Shown here one piece after another: positions 8,595-17,166 of a DNA stretch of 64,000 nucleotides; the stretch's first letter is position 1; every line of letters starts with the position of its first letter. Source of the DNA: a bacterium (GTDB taxonomy: Bacteria; Sysuimicrobiota; Sysuimicrobiia; Sysuimicrobiales; Segetimicrobiaceae); assembly GCA_035308905.1 (NCBI GenBank), contig DATGFS010000003.1:418-64417 (forward strand), given 5' to 3'. Made by a program: the position numbers and the translations under genes. The notes below the pieces were generated by a model. It had not been told where the DNA came from. It saw nothing but the letters and a program-made list of their open reading frames with translations, and ran no database searches.

Positions 8595-10241
8595 ATGGCA
8601 CGTAGGCACGACAGGTCCGATCGGAAAGACGGTCTCTCGCGGCGCGATCTGCTGCGCCTGGCCGGCGCCGGCGCCGGGTTTTCGCTCCTCGGCATGCTGA
8701 AGGACGCCCGCCCCGCGCTGGGCGCCGCGTCGTCGTCGACGCTCACCATCGGCGGCGCCGGATTCGACATCAAGACGCTGGACCCGGGCCGGGAACTCGA
8801 AAACGGCGCCAACAACATCGATCACGCGACATACGACTCGCTCGTGACGTTCGAGGGCGAGGACCTCAGGACGCCGAAGCCGTCGCTCGCCACCGGCTGG
8901 ACCGTCTCGCAGGACGGCAAGACATACACCTTCAAGCTGCGCCCGAACGTCAAGTTTGCAAGCGGCAACCCGCTGACGTCGGCGGACTTCAAGTGGTCGA
9001 TCGACCGCGTGCGGTACCTGAAGGGCAACGCCGCGTTTCTGCTCGAGGGCCTGGATGAGGTGCAGACGCCGGACCCCCTCACGGTCGTCATCCGGATGAC
9101 GGAGCCGCATCCCGCGATCCTGCCGATTCTGTCGAGCCCGGTCCTGAGCGCCGTCGACAGCAAGCTCGTCGCGGCAAACGGAGGCGACGCGAGCCCGGAC
9201 GCCAGGACCAAGGACCAGGCGGAAGCCTATCTCAACGCCCACTCCGCCGGCACGGGCGCGTTCATGCTTCAGAGCTACACGCCGAAGCAGGAGATCGTCC
9301 TCGTCAAGAACCCCAATCACTGGCGCGGCGCGCCGAGGATCGACCGCGTTGTTCTGCGCAACGTCGCCGAGCCGTCGGCGCAGGAGCTGATGATCAAGAA
9401 GGGCGACCTCGACGTGGCGACCGGCATCGGCGCCGATCAGGTCCGCAGCCTGGCGGGCGTTCCCGGCGTGACCGTCAAAACGAGCCTGGCGTCGACGCTC
9501 GTGTACGTGATGATGAACCAGAACCCGCAGGTCGGCGGGCCGTTCGCCAACCCCAAGGTCGTGCAGGCGGTCCGGGCCGCGCTCGACTATCAGGGCATGC
9601 TGGCCCTCGCCGGAAAGGGAGCGCTTCGGCAGGCCGGCATCATCCCGAACAACTTCCCGGGCGCGCTGCCGGCCGCGGAGGCGGCGAGGACGGACCGCGA
9701 GCACGCCAAGCGCCTCCTGCGCGAGGCGAACCTCGGCGAGATCAGCGGGTCGCTCACGTTCGCGAGCGACCTCGTCTTCTACGGGATCCAGGCGAACCTG
9801 ATCGCCCAGAAGGTGCAGGAAGATCTCGGGGCGGTCGGCATCAAGATCAACCTGAACGGCCTGCCGTACAGCGTCGCGATCCAGCAGTACCGCGACGGCA
9901 AGAACCAGCTCGGCATCTGGCAGTGGGCCGCCGACTACCCCGACGTGAGCGACTACCTGGTCTTCGTGCCCGGCCGCACGGTGGCGAAGCGCACCGGCTG
10001 GATGCCGGACGCCAGCGCGGAGGCCCAGCAGATCACGCAGCTCGCCAAGACGACGGAAACCGAGATCAACACGGCGAAGCGGGTGGCGCTGTACCAGCGG
10101 CTCAACCGGATGATCGCCTCGTACGGCCCGTGGGCGCCGCTGTTCCAGCCGGTCACGCCGTACGCGTTCCGGTCCAACGTGCGCGGCGTCACGTTCGCGA
10201 GCGCCTGGATGGTCGACTACTACACGGTGAGCAAGACGTAG
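8595..10241 (+). CDS. ABC transporter substrate-binding protein, family 5 (peptide/opine/nickel type), Tat signal
   Basis: MARRHDRSDRKDGLSRRDLLRLAGAGAGFSLLGML carries a twin-arginine signal. 549 aa, typical family-5 SBP length. Start at 8595 follows AAGGGGGA. Confidence 0.85.
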   Translation: MARRHDRSDRKDGLSRRDLLRLAGAGAGFSLLGMLKDARPALGAASSSTLTIGGAGFDIKTLDPGRELENGANNIDHATYDSLVTFEGEDLRTPKPSLATGWTVSQDGKTYTFKLRPNVKFASGNPLTSADFKWSIDRVRYLKGNAAFLLEGLDEVQTPDPLTVVIRMTEPHPAILPILSSPVLSAVDSKLVAANGGDASPDARTKDQAEAYLNAHSAGTGAFMLQSYTPKQEIVLVKNPNHWRGAPRIDRVVLRNVAEPSAQELMIKKGDLDVATGIGADQVRSLAGVPGVTVKTSLASTLVYVMMNQNPQVGGPFANPKVVQAVRAALDYQGMLALAGKGALRQAGIIPNNFPGALPAAEAARTDREHAKRLLREANLGEISGSLTFASDLVFYGIQANLIAQKVQEDLGAVGIKINLNGLPYSVAIQQYRDGKNQLGIWQWAADYPDVSDYLVFVPGRTVAKRTGWMPDASAEAQQITQLAKTTETEINTAKRVALYQRLNRMIASYGPWAPLFQPVTPYAFRSNVRGVTFASAWMVDYYTVSKT

Positions 10242-10338
10242 CGAAAGGCGGCGCGGGCCGGACGGCGCCGGCGAAGGCGGCGCATCCCGCCGCCTAGTCC
10301 CGCGCCAGCGGGGCGAAGACGGCGCCGTCCGGCATTTT

Positions 10339-11358
10339 ATGACGCTCTACCGATACATCGCCCGGCGGGTGCTGCTGCTGTTCCCGATGCTGGTCGGGAT
10401 CACGCTGCTCAGTTTTCTCTTGTCGCACGCGGTGCCGGCCGACCCCGTGGCGGCCAACCTCGGCGATCAGGCCGCGGCCGACCCGACGATCGTCGCGGCG
10501 TTCCGGCACCACTGGGGCCTCGACCAGCCGCTGTACCGGCAGTACCTGATCTATCTCTGGAATCTCGTCCACGGGAACATGGGCATCTCCATTTCCACGC
10601 GCCAGCCGGTGCTGCTCGATCTGCGGCAGCATCTGCCGGCGACGATCGAAATCGCGGTCGCCGCGATGCTGTTGAGCCTCGTCACCGGCATCCCGCTCGG
10701 CATGCTGGCCGCGGTCAACCGCGAGCGGCCGATCGATCAGGCCGCCCGGGTCGCGTCGCTGGTCGGCGTCTCCACACCGGTCTTCTGGCTGGGGCTCGTC
10801 GCGATCGTCGTCTTCTACGCGCACCTCGGCTGGGCGCCCGCGCCGGGACGGCTCAGCCCCACGATCACCCCGCCGCCGTTTGTGACCGGATTCGTGCTCG
10901 TCGACGCGATGCTGAGCCGCCGCTGGGACGCCGCGGCCGACTGGCTGGGACACCTGGTCCTGCCGGCCGTGGTGCTGTCGTCCTACAGCCTGGGCATCGT
11001 CACGCGGATGATGCGCGGCAGCATGCTCGAGGTGCTCGGGGAGGACTACGTCCGCACCGCCCGCGCCAAAGGCGTCACGCGCTGGGCCGTCGTCGTCAGG
11101 CACGCCGCGCGCAACGCGCTGATCCCGATCATCACGATCGTCGGCCTGAGCTTCGGCGGGCTGCTCTCCGGCGCCGTCGTGACCGAGACCGTCTTCAGCT
11201 GGCCGGGCCTCGGCCTCTACGCGTTCAGCAGCGCGACGTCGCTCGACTTCCCCGCGATCATGGGCAGCGGCATCATCGTCGCCGGGGTGTACGTCCTCGT
11301 CAACCTAGTGGTCGACGTGGCGTACGCGTTCTTCGATCCGCGGATCCGGGTCGCCTGA
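10339..11358 (+). CDS. ABC transporter permease (DppB/OppB-like)
   Basis: MTLYRYIARRVLLLFPMLVGITLLSFLL... is the canonical N-terminus of BPD-transporter permeases. Confidence 0.85.
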   Translation: MTLYRYIARRVLLLFPMLVGITLLSFLLSHAVPADPVAANLGDQAAADPTIVAAFRHHWGLDQPLYRQYLIYLWNLVHGNMGISISTRQPVLLDLRQHLPATIEIAVAAMLLSLVTGIPLGMLAAVNRERPIDQAARVASLVGVSTPVFWLGLVAIVVFYAHLGWAPAPGRLSPTITPPPFVTGFVLVDAMLSRRWDAAADWLGHLVLPAVVLSSYSLGIVTRMMRGSMLEVLGEDYVRTARAKGVTRWAVVVRHAARNALIPIITIVGLSFGGLLSGAVVTETVFSWPGLGLYAFSSATSLDFPAIMGSGIIVAGVYVLVNLVVDVAYAFFDPRIRVA

Positions 11359-11360
11359 GC

Positions 11361-12248
11361 ATGGACGCGGCCATTACCACGCCCGAGGCGGCGGCCGTGC
11401 CCCGGCCGGTCCGGCGGCGCCGTCTGCTGCCCCGGCAGCTCTCCGGCTCGCCGCTGGCACTCGCGGCGCTGGCGGTCGTCGCGGGATGGATCGCCGTCGC
11501 GGTCCTGGCGCCGTCGCTCGCGCCGTACCGGCCCCTCGCCCAATCCATCGCCGGCCGCCTGCAGCCGCCCGGCCCGGCGCACTGGCTCGGCACCGATCCG
11601 CTCGGGCGCGACATCCTGAGCCGCATCCTGTACGGCGCGCGGCTGTCGATCCCGGTCGGCGTGATCGCGGTCGCGCTGGCGGTCGTCCTCGGCACGATGA
11701 TCGGCGGCACGGCCGGCTTCCTCGGCGGAGCCGCCGACGAGGCCATCATGCGGGGCACCGATCTCATGCTCGCCTTTCCCACCGTGATTCTCGCGCTCGT
11801 GATCACGGCCGCGCTCGGGGCCGGCATCCGCAACGCGATCATCGCCATCATGGTCGCGTGGTGGCCGTCCTACGCGCGGCTGGTGCGCGGGCTCGTGCTG
11901 GCGCTGCGGGACCGCGAGTACGTGCAGGCCGCGCGGGCGGTCGGCGGCTCGCGCCTCAGAATCTTCCTCCGGCACGTCCTGCCGGGCACCATCTCGCCGG
12001 TGGTGATCCTCAGCACGCTGGACGTCGGCCACGCGATCCTCACCTTCGCGTCGCTGAGCTTCCTCGGCCTGGGGCCGCCGCCGCAGATCCCGGAGTGGGG
12101 CTCGATGATCGCCGCCGGGCGCAACTACCTCGACCAGTGGTGGATCAGTACGTTTCCGGGGCTGGCGATTCTGACGCTGGTGCTGGCAATGAACGTGCTC
12201 GGCGACGGACTGCGCGACCTGCTCGATCCGCGCTTTCGATCGCGCTAG
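11361..12248 (+). CDS. ABC transporter permease (DppC/OppC-like)
   Basis: Second permease with multi-TM segments. Starts 2 nt after the previous stop. No ATPase gene follows it. Confidence 0.8.
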   Translation: MDAAITTPEAAAVPRPVRRRRLLPRQLSGSPLALAALAVVAGWIAVAVLAPSLAPYRPLAQSIAGRLQPPGPAHWLGTDPLGRDILSRILYGARLSIPVGVIAVALAVVLGTMIGGTAGFLGGAADEAIMRGTDLMLAFPTVILALVITAALGAGIRNAIIAIMVAWWPSYARLVRGLVLALRDREYVQAARAVGGSRLRIFLRHVLPGTISPVVILSTLDVGHAILTFASLSFLGLGPPPQIPEWGSMIAAGRNYLDQWWISTFPGLAILTLVLAMNVLGDGLRDLLDPRFRSR

Positions 12249-12266
12249 CGGCGAACGGGAGGCTCG

Positions 12267-14294
12267 ATGGAGACACGGCATCTCGACACGACCGGACTGC
12301 GGCTCGGCATCGAAGTCGGCGGTACCTTCACCGACTGGGTGCTGTCCCGCGGGGACCAGATCGAAGCGACGGGCAAGGTGATGTCGACCCCGTCCGACCC
12401 CGAGCGCGCGGTGCTGGCGGCGGTGTCGGAGTGCGGCGTCGCGCCGCCGGAGATCGCCGCGTTGATTCACGGCTCGACGGTCGTCACGAACGCCGTCCTC
12501 GAGCACAAGGGCGCGCGCACGTGCCTGGTGACGACCAGAGGCTTCCGCGACGTGCTGCTGATCCAGCGGCAGGCGAAGACGCGGCTCTTCGACCTCTTCT
12601 ACCGCCAACCGGAGCCGCTCGTGTCGCGCGACCACATCGTCGAGGTCGACGAGCGCATGGCGCCGGACGGCAGCGTGCGCCGGCCGCTCGCCGGCTTCGG
12701 CTTCGTCGACGAGGTCCGGCGCCTGGCCGCCGCGGAGGGCATCCAGTCGATCGCGATCTGCCTGCTGCACGCGTACGCCAACCCCGCCCACGAGGTGGCG
12801 GTCGAGGACGCGCTCGCGGCGGCGCTGCCCGGCCTCGCGATCACCCGCTCGTCCGACGTGCTGCCGCAGTTCCGCGAGTACGAGCGCACCAGCACCTGCG
12901 TGATCAGCGCCTACGCCAAGCCGGTCGTCGACCGCTATCTGTCGCGGCTCGAAGAGGGCCTGCGGGCGCGGGCGTTCCGCGGGCCCGTGACCATCGTCCA
13001 GGCGAACGGCGGCACGATCCCCGCGCACGCGATCCGCCGGCACGCCGCGAAGATGATCCTGTCCGGACCGGCCGCGGGCGTGGTCGGGGCGACCACCGCC
13101 GCGGTCGAGGCGGGGTTTCCCAACGCGATCACGTTCGACATGGGCGGCACCAGCACCGACGTGTGCCTGGTCACCGACGGCCGTCCCGGCGTGACCCGCG
13201 AGTACAGGATCGCCGGCCTGCCGCTCAACGTGCCGATGATCGACATCGCGACCGTCGGCGCGGGCGGCGGCAGCATCGCGGACGTCGACCGCGGCGGCAT
13301 TCTCAAGGTCGGACCGGAAAGCGCCGGGGCCGATCCGGGGCCCGCCGCGTACGGGAAGGGCGGCACCGCGTTCACCGTCACGGACGCCAACGTGCTGGCC
13401 GGCCGCATCCGGCCCGAGGCGTTCTTCGGCGGCCGGCTGCGCCTCGACGCCGCGGCGGCCGAGGCGGCGCTCGGATCGCTCGCCGACCGCGTCGGCCTCG
13501 AGCGGCGCGAGACCCTCGACGGCGTGCTGCGGCTGGTCAACGTGACGATGGCGCAGGCGGTGCGGCTCGTCTCGATCGAGCGCGGCTACGATCCGCGCGA
13601 CTACACGATCGTGGCCTACGGTGGCTCCGGCCCGCTCCACGCCGCGGCCGTCGCGGCCGATCTCGGGATCGCGCGCGTCCTGGTCCCGGTCAACCCCGGC
13701 CTCGTCTCGGCCTACGGCCTCCTGATCGCCGACACCCGGCAGGACTTCTCGATGACCCGGGTCACGCCGGCCGGCCGCGTCGCCGACGGCGACGTGGCCG
13801 CGGTGTTCGCGGACCTCGAGCGCCAGGCGCGCCGCGAGTTCGAGGCCTACGAGCGGCCGTGGCGCGACGTGCGCTGCCGCCGCGAGATCGACATGCGCTA
13901 CGCCGGCCAGGCGTACGAGATCAGCGTGCCGGCCGGCGGCCTGGCGGTGCCGGCGGCGGTCGAGGCGTTTCACGAAGCGCACCGCGCCCGGTACGGGCAC
14001 GCGGTGCGCGACCAGGACGTCGAAGTGGTCGGGTACCGCCTCGTCGCGGTGGCGCCGTCGCCGCTGCGGGGCATCCGTCCCGCGCCGGCAGACCGCCTGT
14101 CATCACAGCCCGGCGGGCGGGGCGCCGCCGCGCCGCGCGCCGCCGGCTACCACGCCCGGCATGAGATCGACGCCGGCGCGCGGCTCGCCGGCCCGTGCGT
14201 CGTCGAGGAGCCGACGGCGACGACGTACGTGCCCGAGGGATGGTCCGCCCGCGCGGACCGGTTCGGCAACCTGGTGCTGGAGGCCGGCGAATGA
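12267..14294 (+). CDS. hyuA: Hydantoinase/oxoprolinase family subunit A (HyuA-like)
   Basis: METRHLDTTGLRLGIEVGGTFTDWVLS... is the hallmark Hydantoinase_A N-terminus. 675 aa. Confidence 0.85.
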   Translation: METRHLDTTGLRLGIEVGGTFTDWVLSRGDQIEATGKVMSTPSDPERAVLAAVSECGVAPPEIAALIHGSTVVTNAVLEHKGARTCLVTTRGFRDVLLIQRQAKTRLFDLFYRQPEPLVSRDHIVEVDERMAPDGSVRRPLAGFGFVDEVRRLAAAEGIQSIAICLLHAYANPAHEVAVEDALAAALPGLAITRSSDVLPQFREYERTSTCVISAYAKPVVDRYLSRLEEGLRARAFRGPVTIVQANGGTIPAHAIRRHAAKMILSGPAAGVVGATTAAVEAGFPNAITFDMGGTSTDVCLVTDGRPGVTREYRIAGLPLNVPMIDIATVGAGGGSIADVDRGGILKVGPESAGADPGPAAYGKGGTAFTVTDANVLAGRIRPEAFFGGRLRLDAAAAEAALGSLADRVGLERRETLDGVLRLVNVTMAQAVRLVSIERGYDPRDYTIVAYGGSGPLHAAAVAADLGIARVLVPVNPGLVSAYGLLIADTRQDFSMTRVTPAGRVADGDVAAVFADLERQARREFEAYERPWRDVRCRREIDMRYAGQAYEISVPAGGLAVPAAVEAFHEAHRARYGHAVRDQDVEVVGYRLVAVAPSPLRGIRPAPADRLSSQPGGRGAAAPRAAGYHARHEIDAGARLAGPCVVEEPTATTYVPEGWSARADRFGNLVLEAGE

Positions 14295-15946
14295 ATCCCG
14301 TCACCCTCTCCGTCATCGGCCACGCCTTCGCGGCGACCGCGGAGGAAATGGGCGTCAACCTCTACCGCTCCGCGCATTCGACCATCGTCCGCGAGGTGCG
14401 CGACATCGCGACGGCGATCCTCGACCCCCGCGGCAACACCGTCGCGATCGCGAACTACATCCCGCAGCTGCTGAACGCGATCGACCCGGCCGCCGCGGCG
14501 ATCGCCGAGCAGTACGCGTTCGCCGAGCTGGCCGACGGCGAGGCCTTCGTCCTCAACGATCCCTTCCACGGCGGCCAGCACATCAACGACGTGCTGCTGT
14601 TCACGCCGATCCGCCTCGACGGACGGCTGCTCGGCGTCACCTGCGCGAACGTCCACCACCTCGACCTCGGCGGCGGCGCCGCGGCCAGCAACGCGCGCGC
14701 GACTGACGTCTTCCAGGAAGGCATCGTCTTCCCGCCGATGCGCATCCCGCTGGACGCCGGCTGGCGGACGTCGCCGTTCGGCAAGTTCCTCGGCGCGAAC
14801 GTGCGCGCCCCGCGCACGGTGCTGGCGGACTTCGACGCCCAGATCGCCGCCTGCCGCACCGGGGAGGCGCGGGTGCGGGCGCTCGCCCGCAAGTACGGAG
14901 CGGACGCGATCGCGGAGTTCATGACGGACGTCCAGGACTACGGGGAGCGCATCTCCCGCCAGGCGATCGGCGCGATTCCGGACGGCGAGTACCGCGGCGA
15001 GGCGTTCATGGAGGACGACGGGACGGGCGCCGGCCCGTTCTACGTCCGCGTGGCGGTCCGCATCGCCGGCAGCGAGATGACGATCGACTTCGCCGGCACC
15101 GACGGACAGGCCAAGGGCTTCATCAACGTGCCGTGGGGGTCGACGCTCTCGAGCGTGCGCACCACGGTCGTGGCCATCCTCGGCGTCACGCACATGCTCG
15201 TCAACGCCGGCAGCATGCGGCCGGTGCACGTCACGGCGCCGCTCGGCTCGCTCGTCAATCCGCGCTGGCCGGCCGCGACGCGGGCGCGCACCAGCGCCTG
15301 CTACAAGATCTTCGACGCGATCAACATGGCGCTCGCGCCGGTGCTGCCGAAGCAGGTCACGGCACCGGGCTTCGACGCGCAGACCGGGATCACGTTCGGC
15401 CAGCGCGCGGGAGGCCACACCCGCATTCTCTCGGAGGTGCTCGGCGCGGGGAACGGCGCGCTGTGGTGCCAGGACGGCGCCGACGGCATGATCATGCACC
15501 TCACCAACGGCCACAACACGCCCGTCGAGTCGGTGGAGATCGAGTTCCCGTTCCTCGAGGTGCTGCGGTACCGCCTCGTCCCGGACTCAGGCGGCGACGG
15601 CGAGTACCGCGGCGGACTCGGGATGGAGCGCGCCTACCGGATCCTCGCGGACGACGTCACCTTCGGATTGCACTCCGACCGCCACCGTCACGGCGCGCCG
15701 GGCCTCTTCGGGGGCGGGACCGGGGCCCCCGGGGCCTGCGTGCTCGTTCGCGACGGGACGGCGCGCGTGCTCGGGTCCAAGGTGCACGAAGCGCTGCGCG
15801 CGGGGGATCGCCTGGTCGTGCGGGCGGGCGGCGGCGGCGGCTACGGACCGGCGGAGCGCCGCCCCGCGGAGCGTCTGGACAAGGACACGCGGGAGGGCCG
15901 GCAGACGCGGGGCGGAGCCGTCCCGGATCCGACGGAAGGGCTCTAA
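14291..15946 (+). CDS. hyuB: Hydantoinase/oxoprolinase family subunit B (HyuB-like)
   Basis: Begins MNPVTLSVIGHAFAATAEEMGVNLYRSAHSTIVREVRD (Hydantoinase_B N-terminus). Its ATG overlaps the hyuA stop (ATGA at 14291-14294). Its stop codon overlaps the stop of the convergent aminotransferase paralog 5. Confidence 0.85.
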   Translation: MNPVTLSVIGHAFAATAEEMGVNLYRSAHSTIVREVRDIATAILDPRGNTVAIANYIPQLLNAIDPAAAAIAEQYAFAELADGEAFVLNDPFHGGQHINDVLLFTPIRLDGRLLGVTCANVHHLDLGGGAAASNARATDVFQEGIVFPPMRIPLDAGWRTSPFGKFLGANVRAPRTVLADFDAQIAACRTGEARVRALARKYGADAIAEFMTDVQDYGERISRQAIGAIPDGEYRGEAFMEDDGTGAGPFYVRVAVRIAGSEMTIDFAGTDGQAKGFINVPWGSTLSSVRTTVVAILGVTHMLVNAGSMRPVHVTAPLGSLVNPRWPAATRARTSACYKIFDAINMALAPVLPKQVTAPGFDAQTGITFGQRAGGHTRILSEVLGAGNGALWCQDGADGMIMHLTNGHNTPVESVEIEFPFLEVLRYRLVPDSGGDGEYRGGLGMERAYRILADDVTFGLHSDRHRHGAPGLFGGGTGAPGACVLVRDGTARVLGSKVHEALRAGDRLVVRAGGGGGYGPAERRPAERLDKDTREGRQTRGGAVPDPTEGL

Positions 15947-17103
15947 GCGCCGCCGGCCGCGGACGAGGTCCGCGCGCCGAAGTAGCCGATCACCGCGTCC
16001 GCCACGTAGGCGAGGTGTTCGTCCGTCATGTGCGGGCCGCACGGCAGCGACAGCGTCTCGCGGCAGAGCCGCTCGGCCACGGGAAACTGTCCCGGACGCG
16101 TCCCGTACTGCTCCATCATCGGACGCGCCAGGTGCAGCGGCGTCGGATAGAGCGCAATGGCCTCGATCCCGCGCGCGGCCAGCGCCTCCCGCAGGGCCTC
16201 CCGCTCCGGACTCCAGACGGCGTAATGCAGGTACGATGGCGCGGCCCACGGCCGCGACGGCGGGAGCCGCAGCGGGAGCGCGGCGTCCTGGAAGCGCGCC
16301 GTGTAGTACGCGGCCGCCCGGCGCCGGTGCGCGACGAACGCGGGCAGCGCCCGGAGATCCAGCCGCGCCAGCGCGGCGCACAGCTCGGTCATGTGCATGT
16401 TGTAGCCGACCCAGCGCTGGTCGTACCACGTCGTGTCCGTCCGGCGGACGAAGCTGATCCGCTCGTCACGCACGCGCCCCTGGTCCCGCAGGCTGGCGAG
16501 CCCTTCCGCGAGGTCCCGGTCGTCCGTCACCGCGCCGCCTCCGGGGCCGAACGCGCTGATCATCTTCCCGGAGAAGCTGAAGAACCCCATGTCGCCGATG
16601 CCGCCGGCGCGACGGCCCTTGTACTCTGCGCCGAGCGCGTGCGCCGCGTCCTCGATCACGAAGAGCCCGTGCCGGCGCGCCGTCTCCATGATCGGATCCA
16701 TGTCGCACGGAAAGCCGTAATCGTGGATCGCGACGACCGCGCGGGTGCGCGGCGTCACCGCGGCCGCGACGGCGTCGGGCAGGATGTTCGACGTCTCGGC
16801 GTCCACCTCGGCGAACACCGGCGTGGCGCCGCGCTTCACGACCGCCGCGAGCACCCCCACGTAGCCGTTGGCCGGGAGGATGACCTCGTCGCCGGAACCG
16901 ATGCCCTTCGCGTCGAGGGCGAGCAGGCAGACGGACGTGCCGGAGTTCGCGGTCACGCCGTAGCGGCGCCCGCACCAGGCGGCCAGCTCGGCTTCAAACC
17001 GCTCGGTCTCTTCCCCGCCGTACGTCTTGCCGGTCTCGAGGACCTCGAGCGCCTTCTGCCGCTGCTCGGGCGTCGGGGTCATCTTGCGGTTTGGAATGTG
17101 CAT
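15943..17103 (-). CDS. DegT/DnrJ/EryC1/StrS-family PLP-dependent aminotransferase (paralog 5; close paralog of paralog 1)
   Basis: Starts MHIPNRKMTPTPEQRQKALEVLETG (ATG 17103), collinear with paralog 1 (MKIPYRAPVVTDEMRRKALEVLESG). It shares ...YGVTANSGTSV..., ...YGFPCDMDPI... and FFSFSGKMIS with paralog 1, and the two appear roughly 70% identical by eye. Confidence 0.85.
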   Translation of the reverse strand: MHIPNRKMTPTPEQRQKALEVLETGKTYGGEETERFEAELAAWCGRRYGVTANSGTSVCLLALDAKGIGSGDEVILPANGYVGVLAAVVKRGATPVFAEVDAETSNILPDAVAAAVTPRTRAVVAIHDYGFPCDMDPIMETARRHGLFVIEDAAHALGAEYKGRRAGGIGDMGFFSFSGKMISAFGPGGGAVTDDRDLAEGLASLRDQGRVRDERISFVRRTDTTWYDQRWVGYNMHMTELCAALARLDLRALPAFVAHRRRAAAYYTARFQDAALPLRLPPSRPWAAPSYLHYAVWSPEREALREALAARGIEAIALYPTPLHLARPMMEQYGTRPGQFPVAERLCRETLSLPCGPHMTDEHLAYVADAVIGYFGARTSSAAGGA

Positions 17104-17166
17104 GCGCGCACCACCGGTGAATGAGAGTCGGGACGTCATACGGCTTCGATGAGCGCGGCGCGGGTC

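Noticed and set aside
11217-14000. Very long antisense ORFs across the hyuA region (927-aa ORF on the minus strand; also 11486-14164 +, 15133-17124 +, 41708-44611 -, 4654-6075 +, 23463-25286 +, and others)
   Set aside because: Typical high-GC shadow ORFs. Their translations are Arg/Pro/Gly-rich low-complexity with no motifs, and they overlap well-supported genes (hyuA, DegT5, GH57, amidase, argS) on the other strand or frame.
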